This document shows, one piece after another, positions 23,421 to 35,136 of a stretch of 64,000 bases of DNA; position 1 is the first letter of the stretch, and every line of letters starts with the position of its first letter. The DNA comes from Escherichia coli. Lineage in GTDB: Bacteria; Pseudomonadota; Gammaproteobacteria; Enterobacterales; Enterobacteriaceae. Made by a program: the position numbers and the translations under genes. The notes under the pieces were generated by a model. That model did no database searches. It was not told the origin of the DNA and worked only from the letters and a program-made list of their open reading frames with translations. Location of the stretch: assembly GCF_044324875.1 (NCBI RefSeq), contig NZ_CP172185.1; one strand, given 5' to 3'.

Positions 23421-23842
23421 TGCGGTTTCCTTTCAAAAAATCGATTTCAAGGGGAATCATTTTTATGCACGTGAGTCTACGGAAAGATTGTTACGGAAAT
23501 ATAACAATTGTCATAAAAAACCGGCGATAAAATCATCTATGGTCGGGACGCGGTTTCAGGTATGATGTGAGGCTAGAATTCTGAACGCTCTCTTTTGTTG
23601 AGCATATATGGACGTCCCGGGTGAGGCAAGTACTGGTTCGATGCGGTTTGCGACCATATATCCGGCGTCGTTAGTAGGTTCAATGACCTGCGCCATGATG
23701 TTATCCGGGCCCTGTTTCCTAATCACTACACCGGTATTTGATTACCCAGGTCAACTTCAGACTGTTACAGGGGCGGTAGCCGTTATCTCATCAGTGAATG
23801 TAAACTCAGTTAAAAATATTTTCTATAACTTACTGTTTTTCT

Positions 23843-24052
23843 TTAATTCATCACAACGGCCTTCTGCATATTAAAATCAATACTATCGCTCAAAACACGC
23901 CAGATGATTCTTGTCAGCTTATTCGCCAGCGCACCAGTGGTTTTCAGGAACCCTCGACGGGCTTCCATCCTTTGCAGACAAATACTCAGACTGTCAGTGA
24001 GCTTTTTCACACAGCGCATTACAGACTGAAATGGCACACTGAATTTGGTCAC
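23843..24052 (-). mobile_element. IS110-family transposase C-terminal fragment
   Basis: ...LKTTGALANKLTRIIWRVL... resembles IS110-family C-terminus; truncated. Confidence 0.4.
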
Positions 24053-24104
24053 CTGAACAGAGGTGATATGCTCACCTCAGAACAAGACTGGTGCCCTAAT
24101 GAAA

Positions 24105-25310
24105 AAAAGAAATTTTAGCGCAGAGTTTAAACGCTAATCCGCCCAACTGGTTGTTGACCAGAACTATACGGTGGCAGATGCCGCCAAAGCTATGGATATC
24201 GGCCTTTCCACAATGACAAGATGGGTCAAACAACTGCGTGATGAGCGTCAGGGCAAAACACTAAAAGCCTCTCCGATGACACCAGAACAAATCGAAATAC
24301 GTGAGCTGAGGAAAAAGCTACAACGCATTGAAATGGAGAATGAAATATTAAAAAGGCTACTGCACTCTTGATGTCAGCCTCCCTGAACAGTTCTCTATAA
24401 TAGGGAAACTCAGGACACGTTATCCTTTGGTCACTCTCTGTGTAGTGGATCGGTAATTCAGGACACCTCATTTTCACTGTTAATGTTAAAAAGTGAAAAT
24501 GAGGTGATGCATGATCAAAACTCGTCGGACTAAACGTACCTTTTCCCCGGAGTTCAAGCTTGAAGCTATCGAACAGGTGGTTAAATACCAGCGTGATGTC
24601 AGAGAAGTCGCGCTGGCACTCGAGCTCAACCCTGACCATTTGCGTAAATAGATACGGTTGTATAAGCAGGAACTTCAGGGTATTGAGCCCGCTGGTAATG
24701 CTATTACTCCTGAACAACGCTAAATTAAGCAGCTTAAAGCGCAGATAAAGCGCCCTGAGATGGAAAAAGAAATACTAAAGCAGGCTGCCGTGCTGATGAG
24801 CGAAATCCCCGGGGAAACTGTCGCGCTAATCACACAGCTGAAAGCAAAGTGGCCAGTGCGGGTTCTTTGTCATTTATTCGGTATTCACCGTAGCATTTAT
24901 TACGCGCAGGTGAAGCGTCCTGTTAATGTGCAAAGAATTGAATTACGAAGTCGGGTGAGGGCTGTCCATGCTCTCAGTCGTGGCGCAGTCGGTAGCCGGG
25001 CAATCAGTCAGATGTTGCGCCATAGTGGCGTTGATGCAGGTCGGTGGCTGGCACGACGACTGATGCGGGAATGCGGGCTGACAAGTCGACAGCCAGTTAA
25101 ACATCACTACCGGGTAAACGAAGACAAAAGTCCGCCATTGCCAAATTTACTGAACCGGCAATTTCACCCCGCCGCACCAAACCGCGTCTGGTGCGGCAAC
25201 ATCAGTTTTATTCGCCTGCAGGACAAATGGTGTTATCTCGCACTCGTTGTTGATTTATATTCACGGCGGATTATCGGTTCAGCCCTCTCATTAACCGCTG
25301 ATGCTGAGTT
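24105..25310 (+). mobile_element. Nested IS3-family remnants: IS911-like orfA fragment followed by a second IS3-family orfA/orfB with in-frame stops, truncated by IS66 insertion
   Basis: [52 protein letters not shown] (orfA-like with stop); MIKTRRTKRTFSPEFKLEAIEQVV...; orfB part ends ...WCGNISFIRLQDKWCYLALVVDLYSRRIIGSAL at the IS66 boundary. Confidence 0.6.
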
Positions 25311-25347
25311 GTAAGCGTACAGCGAGGGCCGTATTGACGGGGATGTG

Positions 25348-26886
25348 TTATTCAGCTGGCAGTGCTATGCGCCACGGAAGCAGTTCGCTGACCCGGTTGA
25401 CCGGCCAGTCTGCTATGACGCCAAGCACATGGCGAAGGTAGCTTTCTGGATCCACGTCATTCAGTTTGCACGTCCCTATCAGGCTGTACAGTAGCGCTCC
25501 CCGCTCACCACCATGGCCAGAGCCGAAGAACAGGAAGTTTTTACGACCCAGACTTACCGCCCGCAGGGCATTTTCAGCGATGTTGTTGTCGATTTCCACC
25601 CAGCCATCGTTCGCATAGTACGTCAGTGCCGGCCACTGGTTAAGTGCGTACGCGAACGCCTTCGCCAACTCTGAGTGTCGCGACAGGGTCTTCATCTTTT
25701 CACGCAACCAGCTTTCCAGGGATTTCAACAGCGGTTTCGTTTTTCGCTGACGTTCAGCAAGCCGCTGCTCTGCCGGCATTCCCCTTATATCCGCCTCTAT
25801 GGCGTACAACTGACCGATCTGCTCCAGGGCTTCTTCCGTCAGTGCTGACGGGATGCGGACGTGCACATCGTGGATCTTTCGGCGGGCATGAGCCCAGCAG
25901 GCAGCTTCCGTTATCCCACCATTGCGATACAGCTCGTTGAACCCGGCGTACGCATCCGCTTGCAGCACACCGCTGAAGCAAGCAAGATGAGTCTGCGGAT
26001 GGATGCCTTTTCTGTCCGGGCTGTAAGCGAACCACACTGCAGGTGCCAACGCTGACCCGGCATTGCGGTCATCACGAACATACGCCCACAACCGCCCGGT
26101 CTTCGTCTTCTTATTACCCGGCATCAGTACCTGGACCGGGGTATCATCGGCATGGAGTTTGCCGTCAGTCATGACATAGCCATGAAGCGCCTCTTCCAGC
26201 GGAGACAGCAGCCGGCAGCATGCATCCACCCAGCCCGACAGCAGTGAACGGCTCAGCTCCACACCTTGCCGGCCGTATATTTCTGACTGGCGATACAGCG
26301 GGGTGTGCTCTGCATACTTCGAGGTCAGCACGCGGGCCAGCAGCCCCGGTCCGGCGATACCCCGCTCGATGGGCCGCGAAGGTGCAGGTGCCTGCACGAT
26401 GGCATCGCACTGAGTACAGGCATGTTTTTCCCGTACCGTCCGGATAACCCGGAAGGCGCTACGCATCAACTCCAGCTGTTCGGCGGTATCCTCGCCCAGA
26501 TAGCTCAGTGAACCGCCGCAGTTCGGGCAGCACGGCGCCGCAGGCAACAGTCGCTTTTCGTCACGGGGTAGTGATTCAGGGAACGGCTTACGGATGCGGG
26601 TCTGACGCAACGGACGCTGTACTGCCGGGTCATACACCCTACCAGTCAGCGTATCGCTCTCTTTCTGAAGCCGGTTCAGATCGGCTTCCATTTGTGCGAT
26701 ACGGCGGGAGACTTTTTCGGAACGACTGCCGAAGTTCATCCGGCGGAGTTTATCCAGCTGCGCCTGCAGATGGTCTATTTCGCGCTCCCGGTTGCTCAGC
26801 TTTTCCTGCAGGGCGTGGATCAGCGCTTCCTGTTCGGCCAGGCGCTGTTTCAGCAGGAAGATGTCGTCAGAAGAGATGTCGTTCAT
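25348..26886 (-). CDS. tnpC: IS66-family transposase TnpC
   Basis: 512 aa; leucine-zipper-like N-terminus, CxxC zinc-finger-like motifs, DDE core. Confidence 0.85.
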   Translation of the reverse strand: MNDISSDDIFLLKQRLAEQEALIHALQEKLSNREREIDHLQAQLDKLRRMNFGSRSEKVSRRIAQMEADLNRLQKESDTLTGRVYDPAVQRPLRQTRIRKPFPESLPRDEKRLLPAAPCCPNCGGSLSYLGEDTAEQLELMRSAFRVIRTVREKHACTQCDAIVQAPAPSRPIERGIAGPGLLARVLTSKYAEHTPLYRQSEIYGRQGVELSRSLLSGWVDACCRLLSPLEEALHGYVMTDGKLHADDTPVQVLMPGNKKTKTGRLWAYVRDDRNAGSALAPAVWFAYSPDRKGIHPQTHLACFSGVLQADAYAGFNELYRNGGITEAACWAHARRKIHDVHVRIPSALTEEALEQIGQLYAIEADIRGMPAEQRLAERQRKTKPLLKSLESWLREKMKTLSRHSELAKAFAYALNQWPALTYYANDGWVEIDNNIAENALRAVSLGRKNFLFFGSGHGGERGALLYSLIGTCKLNDVDPESYLRHVLGVIADWPVNRVSELLPWRIALPAE

Positions 26887-26935
26887 AAGCCCGTATTTTA
26901 CCGGGCTTATTCTGTGACAACCAGGATAAAGAGAT

Positions 26936-27283
26936 TTACAGCATGGTCAGGGAGGTCAGCAGCCGCTTAGGCTGTCGCCAGTCGATACCTTCCAGCAGCA
27001 TCGCCAGCTGCGCCTGTGTAAGGAACACTTTGCCATCACGGGCTGACGGCCAGGCGAAGCGCCCACGCTCCAGCCGTTTGGTCAGGAGGCACAGTCCGTC
27101 ACCGGTGGACCACAGCAGTTTAACCTGACTGCCGCTGCGGCCCCGGAAAATGAAAACATGGCCGGACATGGGATCGTCTTTCAGCGCCGTCTGTACTTTC
27201 GCAGCCAGGCCGTTGAAGCCATTTCTCATATCGGTGATACCGGCAACCAGCCAAATTTTGGTCCCGGAAGGTAAAGGGATCAT
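26936..27283 (-). CDS. tnpB: IS66 Orf2 (TnpB)
   Basis: 115 aa; [31 protein letters not shown] typical IS66 Orf2. Confidence 0.85.
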   Translation of the reverse strand: MIPLPSGTKIWLVAGITDMRNGFNGLAAKVQTALKDDPMSGHVFIFRGRSGSQVKLLWSTGDGLCLLTKRLERGRFAWPSARDGKVFLTQAQLAMLLEGIDWRQPKRLLTSLTML

Positions 27284-27681
27284 CGCTTCAGTTCCTGTAT
27301 CAGCAGAGTCAGGAGCTTTTCGCTGACATTGCCATTGAAGCGGAGCGTCCCGTGCCGGAACGTTACCTCACAGCTGATACTGAGGGTTTCCGGGTCCTCT
27401 GCGAGCGATTCTGGCTGTTCGGCAGCTGCATCGAGAGTCACAGGAAGTAGCTGGGGGCTCTCTGAAGAAGGTAATAGCAGCTTTCCCTCGCGCCATTGTT
27501 GTCGCCATTTGAACAACAGATTGGCGTTAATGCCATTTTCAAGAGCAAGTTTTGAGATGGATATCCCGGGTTCACAGGAGGCAGCAACGAGCTGCTGTTT
27601 AAATTCGGGAGGATAATTAGGGCAGCCTTTTCGCCTGCCGGGAGTCACATTTTTCTGCATATCTGACACTTTGGTTCCCAC
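27280..27681 (-). CDS. tnpA: IS66 Orf1 (TnpA)
   Basis: 133 aa; overlaps tnpB start by 4 bp. Confidence 0.8.
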   Translation of the reverse strand: MGTKVSDMQKNVTPGRRKGCPNYPPEFKQQLVAASCEPGISISKLALENGINANLLFKWRQQWREGKLLLPSSESPQLLPVTLDAAAEQPESLAEDPETLSISCEVTFRHGTLRFNGNVSEKLLTLLIQELKR

Positions 27682-27748
27682 TACTTATTTGGTGGACACC
27701 ACTTTGTCTAATTCGTCAGATTCTGACCAGACGGTTCAGGCTGTACGC

Positions 27749-29833
27749 TTACGCCTGACCGGTGTCTCTGGTGACATATTCCGGAGCTCCGGAGAGAGTA
27801 AAGGTAACGCGATCATCGGCAGAAGCATCTCCATACTGCAGATGCCCGTCGTTGGGGATCATGGCCAGTTTGCCGTAATAGCGATACACATTGTATTCAT
27901 CCTGTGTATAGCCAAAGAAGGACTGATTATTCAGTTGTGAACCCGACAGGCTGACAAACTCGCTGGCAAGAAGATGACTTCCCGTATTATCCAGTTTGTT
28001 CGCGTCAATCAGCAGATTATTACCGGCCGAAATTCTGGCATCCCCCCCTGTTGCACCAACATCGACGCGTGTTGTGCCAGTCAGAAATTTCCGGGTGGCT
28101 CCCTTTTCAGTCGGAACGGCCCATGCCTCAAAACCACCACCGGCAGTACCGCTCCAGGACTTCACATAATATCCCCATCCATTTTCACCTAAATCGCCCA
28201 CTCTGACTGAAACAGAATTTACACCATCAGGTACTGCGACATTCTCAACCGGAATGTATGATTTTGTCTCATTTATACCCTCCCGCTGATTCAGTAAATG
28301 TCCGGTTCTGATGGTGATATCACCGCGGGTGGTTTCGATATTCCCGGAGGTATTAATCACTTCAGCATTCGCGGCACCACTGACATCTTTCTGCATCACC
28401 AGGCTGTAACCCGCCAGCATATCGCCGTGATGGTTCCGGATGGTGCTGGCAAACAGCGAGAGGTTATTGCCCGCATACAACAGTGCGGTGTTAATGACTG
28501 CCCCGGCGACCGTTAACACCAGACTACCCGTCGTGCCGGTAAAACCGTCGAGAGTGATATCTCCCCTGCTGGTCAGGCTGACGTCCCCGCCTGCCTGCAG
28601 GCTGCCGCTGGCATTCATCGCAATCCCGCTGCCGCTCAGTGCCGTGGTGCCGTTGCCGGCGGTCAACTGGCCATTGTTGGTCAGCCTGCCTGCAGCATTC
28701 AGCGTGATACCGTTGCCCTGCAATGTGGCGCCATTGGTAATATCACCCTGGCTGCTGACGGAGAGTTGTTTATTCGCGGCGATAACGCCCTGTGCGGTCA
28801 AACCACGTGTGAGCTTCAGCGTCAGGTTACCGAGTGCAACCAGCTGGCCCGCGCCGCTGAGCGAGACCATTTCAGCAAGCATATCACCGCCGCTGAACAC
28901 CTTCCCGCCGGCGTTGTTCAGGCTGTTCCCTTTTATTGTCAGGCCCTGATTACCCAGCAGCGTGCCGCTGTTGGTGATGGTCTGCGTGTTGACGTTCAGT
29001 TGTGCAGCCTGGAACAGGCCACGGTTGGTCAGACTGTTACCTGTGAGCGTTGCCTGATTCGCCGCCATCACAGTGCCATTACCGGCAAGCTTCGCCACGT
29101 TCAGCAGCAGGTCAGTGGCCTGTAGCCAGCCACTGCCACTGTAGTCCGGCGTGGTGAACGTCAGCTCACCGCCGGAAAGAATCTTGCCACTGTTGTGGGC
29201 CTGCGTTGCCGCGCTGAGCGTGGTTTTACCGTTGCCCTGAATGGTGCCGTCATTAGTCAGCACAGGTGCAGAAAGCGCTGATACGTTCTGACTGAGAAGC
29301 ACACCGCTGGTCTGGTTGGTCAGGGCATTCAGCAATGTAAGAGTCAGCCCGCTGTCGCCCTGCACACGACCTGAGTTGGTCAGCGAACTGGCGGTGATTC
29401 GGTTATCCGCCCCCTGAAGCTGCCCACTATTGCTGATGTCTCTGGCGTTGACGTTTAATGTACCGCCTGTCAGCATTTTACCGTGCTGTTGCAGATTACC
29501 ACTGAGTGTCACATTCAGGCTGTTAACACCACTGATTTCGCCACCGTTGCTGAGCGAATCACCATTCACTTCCAGCGTCTTCGCGCTGATTAATCCCTTG
29601 TTACCCAGCACTTTCCCGGTAAGGCGGGCATCGCCCAGGGCGGTAATTTTGCTGCCGGTGGCAGCAATAACATCGCCACTCAGGGTCAGAGCCAACTCCA
29701 GCGCACTCTGAACAGCACCGCTGCTGGTCAGGCTGCTGGCATCCAGAGTAATGTTCTGCCCCTGAATCCGGCCGCTGTTGGTCACATCTCCTGCGCTCAG
29801 CGTCAGCGAGTTCTGGCTCGATCCGCGCACCAC
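27749..29833 (-). pseudogene. Fragment of a large filamentous-haemagglutinin/CdiA-like repeat protein (two-partner-secretion exoprotein), truncated at both ends
   Basis: 694 aa of degenerate ~20-aa repeats rich in TLSG/LTNSG/IQGNG/NAL motifs; no signal peptide or TPS domain; 3' end abuts IS66 copy 1; 5' end abuts the GC-rich block. Confidence 0.6.
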
Positions 29834-29872
29834 TTATCCCGAACTGCGTCAGCAGTTGATCGGAGGTACACC

Positions 29873-30424
29873 ATGAAACGCATTCTGACCCGTGGCCTGG
29901 CGCTGCTGATGCTGATGCTCGCCGGCTGCAGCATCGAGGTCACCGAGTACCGGCAGCAGCAGCCCGCCCTCGACATCTTCCACTATTTTCAGGGTCGAAC
30001 CGAGGCGTGGGGGATGGTGCAGGATCGCCGCGGTAAACAGCTGCGCCGCTTCCATGTAGCGATCGATGGCGACGTCGTCGGCGACACCCTGACGCTCCAT
30101 GAGCGCTTTGTCTATGACGATGGCGAGAAACAGCAGCGGGTGTGGCGCATTCGCCGCACCGGCGATAACCATTATCAGGGCACCGCCGGGGATATCGAAG
30201 GCGTGGCCAGCGGCCAGGCGGCAGGCAATGCCTTTCACTGGCGCTACAGCATGAACGTCGAGGCCAGCGGCAGCCGGTGGCTGCTGCACTTTGACGACTG
30301 GATGTTCCTGCAGGACGGCAGCCATTTGTTTAACAAAACCGAGATGAAGAAATTCGGCATTACGGTGGCCACCGTGACCCTTTTCTTTACCCGAACCACA
30401 GCAGAAGAGAGGACAGCGCCATGA
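29873..30424 (+). CDS. Lipoprotein (DUF3833-like)
   Basis: 183 aa; lipobox MKRILTRGLALLMLMLAGCS; overlaps next gene start by 4 bp. Confidence 0.55.
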   Translation: MKRILTRGLALLMLMLAGCSIEVTEYRQQQPALDIFHYFQGRTEAWGMVQDRRGKQLRRFHVAIDGDVVGDTLTLHERFVYDDGEKQQRVWRIRRTGDNHYQGTAGDIEGVASGQAAGNAFHWRYSMNVEASGSRWLLHFDDWMFLQDGSHLFNKTEMKKFGITVATVTLFFTRTTAEERTAP

Positions 30425-31380
30425 ACACGCAACCTGTCATTGGGATCAGCGGATGTTTAACCGGCTCAGCCGTGCGATTCGACGGCGGGCATAAGCGTAT
30501 GGGCTTTGTGATGGATGAGCTCGCGCAGTGGGTGGCGTTTAAGCCCGTCTGCCCGGAGATGGCGATCGGCCTGCCCGTTCCCCGCCCGGCGCTCCGGCTG
30601 GTGCAGACCCCGGTCGGGGAGATCCGCATGCGCTTCAGCCACGCCCCGCACGAGGATGTGACGGAGAAGATGGCCGATTTCGCCAACGCCCATCTGGCAA
30701 CCCTGGGCGAGCTGTCGGGCTTTATCGTCTGCGCCAAATCGCCGATCTGCGGGATGGAGCGCGTGCGGCTGTATGATGAAAAAGGCAATCGCGGGCGTAA
30801 GGAAGGCGTGGGGCTGTTTACCGGCGCCCTGATGGCGCGCTACCCGTGGCTTCCGGTGGAAGAGGATGGCCGGCTGCACGATCCGCTGCTGCGGGAGAAT
30901 TTTGTCGAGCGCGTCTTCGCCCTGCATGAACTCAACGCCCTGCGCGCCCGCGGCCTGACCCGCCACGGCCTGCTGGCCTTTCACAGCCGCTACAAGCTGC
31001 AGCTGCTGGCTCACCACCAGGCGGGCTACCGCGAGATCGGCCCCTTCGTCGCCTCGCTGCATGAATGGGAGGATCTGGAGGCTTTCTTCGAGGTCTATCG
31101 CGAAAAGCTGATGGCGATCCTCAAGCGGCCCGCCTCTCGGAAAAACCACACCAACGTGCTGATGCATATTCAGGGTTATTTCCGCGACCAGCTGAACAGC
31201 CGCCAGCGCGGCGAGCTGCGGGAGGTGATCCTCAACTATCGCGCCGGGCTGCTGCCGATCCTCGCGCCGCTGACGCTGCTTAAGCACTATCTGGCCGAGT
31301 ATCCGGATCGCTACCTGCAGGCGCAGAACTATTTTGACCCCTACCCGCAGGATCTTGCCCTGCGCCTGACGGTGAACTGA
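30421..31380 (+). CDS. YbgA-like protein (DUF523/DUF1722 architecture)
   Basis: 319 aa; N-terminus VIGISGCLTGSAVRFDGGHK typical of DUF523. Confidence 0.55.
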   Translation: MNTQPVIGISGCLTGSAVRFDGGHKRMGFVMDELAQWVAFKPVCPEMAIGLPVPRPALRLVQTPVGEIRMRFSHAPHEDVTEKMADFANAHLATLGELSGFIVCAKSPICGMERVRLYDEKGNRGRKEGVGLFTGALMARYPWLPVEEDGRLHDPLLRENFVERVFALHELNALRARGLTRHGLLAFHSRYKLQLLAHHQAGYREIGPFVASLHEWEDLEAFFEVYREKLMAILKRPASRKNHTNVLMHIQGYFRDQLNSRQRGELREVILNYRAGLLPILAPLTLLKHYLAEYPDRYLQAQNYFDPYPQDLALRLTVN

Positions 31381-31385
31381 GGGAA

Positions 31386-31620
31386 CCTGGGCCAGCTGCC
31401 CGGCGGCGCTGCGCTTGCGCGGGCCTGGGAGGGGATCCCGCAGGCCTCCTCAGGAACGTAGGCCGGATAAGGCATTTATGCCGCCATCCGGCACAACCAC
31501 AGGTATGGAGCTTGAAGTGTCCTGCCCGGCGGCGCTGCGCCTGCCGGGCCTGGGGGGTATCCCGCAGGCCTCCTCAGAAACGTAGGCCGGATAAGGCATG
31601 TATGCCGCCATCCGGCATAA
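31386..31620. repeat. Tandem duplication (~120-bp unit) each carrying a REP-type palindromic element
   Basis: Two copies of CCTGCCCGGCGGCGCTGCGC...GGGATCCCGCAGGCCTCCTCAG(G/A)AACGTAGGCCGGATAAGGCAT(T/G)TATGCCGCCATCCGGCA. Confidence 0.7.
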
Positions 31621-31692
31621 ATGGAGCGCACCAGTCGTAGCCCGGCTAAGCGTAGCGCCAGCCGGGAACGCTCCTTCGACAACGCTATCGCA

Positions 31693-33075
31693 TCAGAACC
31701 ACGCCTCAAACATCCCGCCGACGTTCAGCGAATCCAGCTGCTGGTCTTTGGTGCCGTTGACCTTAGCGGTATGCTCGTTGTCCACCTGACCGCCGGTCAC
31801 GTAGAAGCGCAGCATCGGACGGAACTCCGGCCCCATGCCGATGGCGATGTTCTGCGACAGCGTCAGCTTCCAGCCGTGGTTATCCCCGCCCTGGTCGTAG
31901 TCCACGCGCTGGTAGCCCGCTTCCAGCCAGGTGGAGTGCACGTCGTTCCAGAAGTACATCGGCCGCACGATGGCACCGTAGTTTTTGCGGTTGTCGGTAT
32001 TATCTTTGCCGTTGTCGTAGTCGTGGAAGGCCAGCAGATATTCCACCTGCGCCTGCTGGGTGAACTTATGGCTGCCCTCGAAGCTAGCGTAGACCGTGGT
32101 CAGGTCGTCGGTTTTGTTGTAGACGCTGTTATCCGAGTTATCGGAGTAGCGCAGGATCACCTTGTTCACCCCTCTGTCGTTGGTGTGGCTCAGCACCAGG
32201 CCGCCCTGCCAGGCTTCGAGACGCGCGTCGCTGTCCACCGCCTTCGAGTCAAAGCCGTAGTTGGCGTACACCTCGACGTCGATCGGCCCGGCCTTGATGT
32301 TGTGGGTTTTGGTGGTCAGCGCGTAGTGGCCGTTGTCCCCGGTGTCGGAGCTGCCGGTACAGGTGATACGCGACGGGTTGGTCTCGTCGGCCATCACTTC
32401 CGGGCTACAGGATTTCACCTGCGACACCGCCGCCACGTCGAACTGCACGCCGCCGATATCAAAGTTCTTCACCCCGGCGCCCTGGCCGTCGTGGTTCATC
32501 CAGAAGTAGTCGTTGATCCCCTGTTGCGGACGCTGGTGGAAGTCGCGGCCGGCCCAGATATAGGCGTTGGGATTGGATTCCAGCACGTTGGTGACGCCGA
32601 CGTAGGCCTTCTTCAGGTTAACCTCGTCGCTCCAGTGGTCGAACATGACGTTGAGATCCCAGATAGCCCCCTGCGCGCTTTTGAAGGCTTTGCTGATCTG
32701 GAATTCGCCGCCGTTGCTTTCGTTGCCCAGACGGCCGATCGCCGAGGCGCCGTTATAGGAGCCGTCGACGCCGACATATTTCTGGTCGCCGGTCTGGAAA
32801 TGGGCGCCATAGCGGGCATAGCCGCTGAACTTGAGGCCGAACGGAATGGCCATATCCGGCGAGGCGGCGGTGGTCTGTGGGTTGGTAATGACGTCGACCT
32901 TTTTGTCGGCCGCGGCGTCAATTTTCGCCTGGCGGTCGGCCAGCGCTTTATCAACGGCTTTGGCGACGATGGCGTCGATCTGTTCCTGAGTAAATTCTTG
33001 CGCCATTACAGAGGTAAGCGGAAAAAACGCGGCGATAACCGCCATGGTTAATGGAAGTTTTTTTATCATTGTCAT
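31693..33075 (-). CDS. LamB-family sugar porin with N-terminal coiled-coil extension (ScrY-like)
   Basis: 460 aa; signal peptide then AQEFTQEQIDAIVAKAVDKALADRQAKIDAAADKK extension; C-terminal ...GGMFEAWF. Confidence 0.65.
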   Translation of the reverse strand: MTMIKKLPLTMAVIAAFFPLTSVMAQEFTQEQIDAIVAKAVDKALADRQAKIDAAADKKVDVITNPQTTAASPDMAIPFGLKFSGYARYGAHFQTGDQKYVGVDGSYNGASAIGRLGNESNGGEFQISKAFKSAQGAIWDLNVMFDHWSDEVNLKKAYVGVTNVLESNPNAYIWAGRDFHQRPQQGINDYFWMNHDGQGAGVKNFDIGGVQFDVAAVSQVKSCSPEVMADETNPSRITCTGSSDTGDNGHYALTTKTHNIKAGPIDVEVYANYGFDSKAVDSDARLEAWQGGLVLSHTNDRGVNKVILRYSDNSDNSVYNKTDDLTTVYASFEGSHKFTQQAQVEYLLAFHDYDNGKDNTDNRKNYGAIVRPMYFWNDVHSTWLEAGYQRVDYDQGGDNHGWKLTLSQNIAIGMGPEFRPMLRFYVTGGQVDNEHTAKVNGTKDQQLDSLNVGGMFEAWF

Positions 33076-33405
33076 GAGTTTCTCAATATAGGTTAATTTT
33101 ATTCAGACAATAACCAGCCTATTCTGAGCTGACAGAATATGTCGCTATCATCAGAACAAGTTATTTTTTATTTTGTACGGTCACAGAGGCATTACACAAT
33201 TATCGCTACTCGCCCTCCCTCACTGATATTAAAAAGGTGGCACAATGGCAGAACCATCCGCGCGGCGGATTGTTCCTCTATAGACAGTCAAACAGATAGC
33301 CTTTCGGCACAGACAGCATAAATACAACACGAACAAATAAACGCTATTTCCCGGCAGCGGGCACACGGCGGAATACATGCCCCCGCAGGGGCATGTCAGC
33401 CAAAT

Positions 33406-34725
<1,320 letters not shown>

Positions 34726-35136
34726 GATGAACTCCGAAATTGAGGAAGCCGAAAATTAACAACTGTGACACATCGTGTATTCTCATCGTCGGTTGCTCAA
34801 TTACGTTATTTCACTCAGCGATTGAGAAAATGCTCAAATGTGAGCCATCTCGCAAATAAAACTATTTTAAATATCTCGCTTCGCGCGCGTATAGAGTACA
34901 CTTCCTGGGGAATTCAGGTGGGCATAGCGAATTAAAATGCCGGTTTTGTCACATTGCCTGTCTGCCAAAAAATTAGCGGCGGATGGCGGCTCAACGCAAG
35001 TGATACAGGCCTTTGCTTCGAGGATCACAGAAGTAAAAAAACATAATTACTTAATTTAAAAACGTAATAGATTCTTCCATGTCAACTGTGTCAGAAAGTG
35101 TTTCACCTACACAAAACAAACCGGAGTCTGCTTAGA

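Larger units (their letters stand above)
25311..27752 (-). mobile_element. IS66-family insertion sequence (copy 1), complete tnpA-tnpB-tnpC
   Basis: Ends GTAAGCGTACAGC (left) and inverted GCTGTACGCTTAC (right); three co-directional genes typical of IS66. Confidence 0.85.

Noticed and set aside
28298-29711. Several plus-strand ORFs (72-169 aa)
   Set aside because: Antisense to the FHA/CdiA-like repeat fragment; artefacts of repeat composition
30466-31287. 273-aa minus-strand ORF
   Set aside because: Overlaps the YbgA-like gene on the opposite strand; open only because the region is GC-rich
31621-33051. 476-aa plus-strand ORF
   Set aside because: Antisense to the LamB-family porin gene; Gly/Val/Ala-rich translation typical of GC-rich antisense frames
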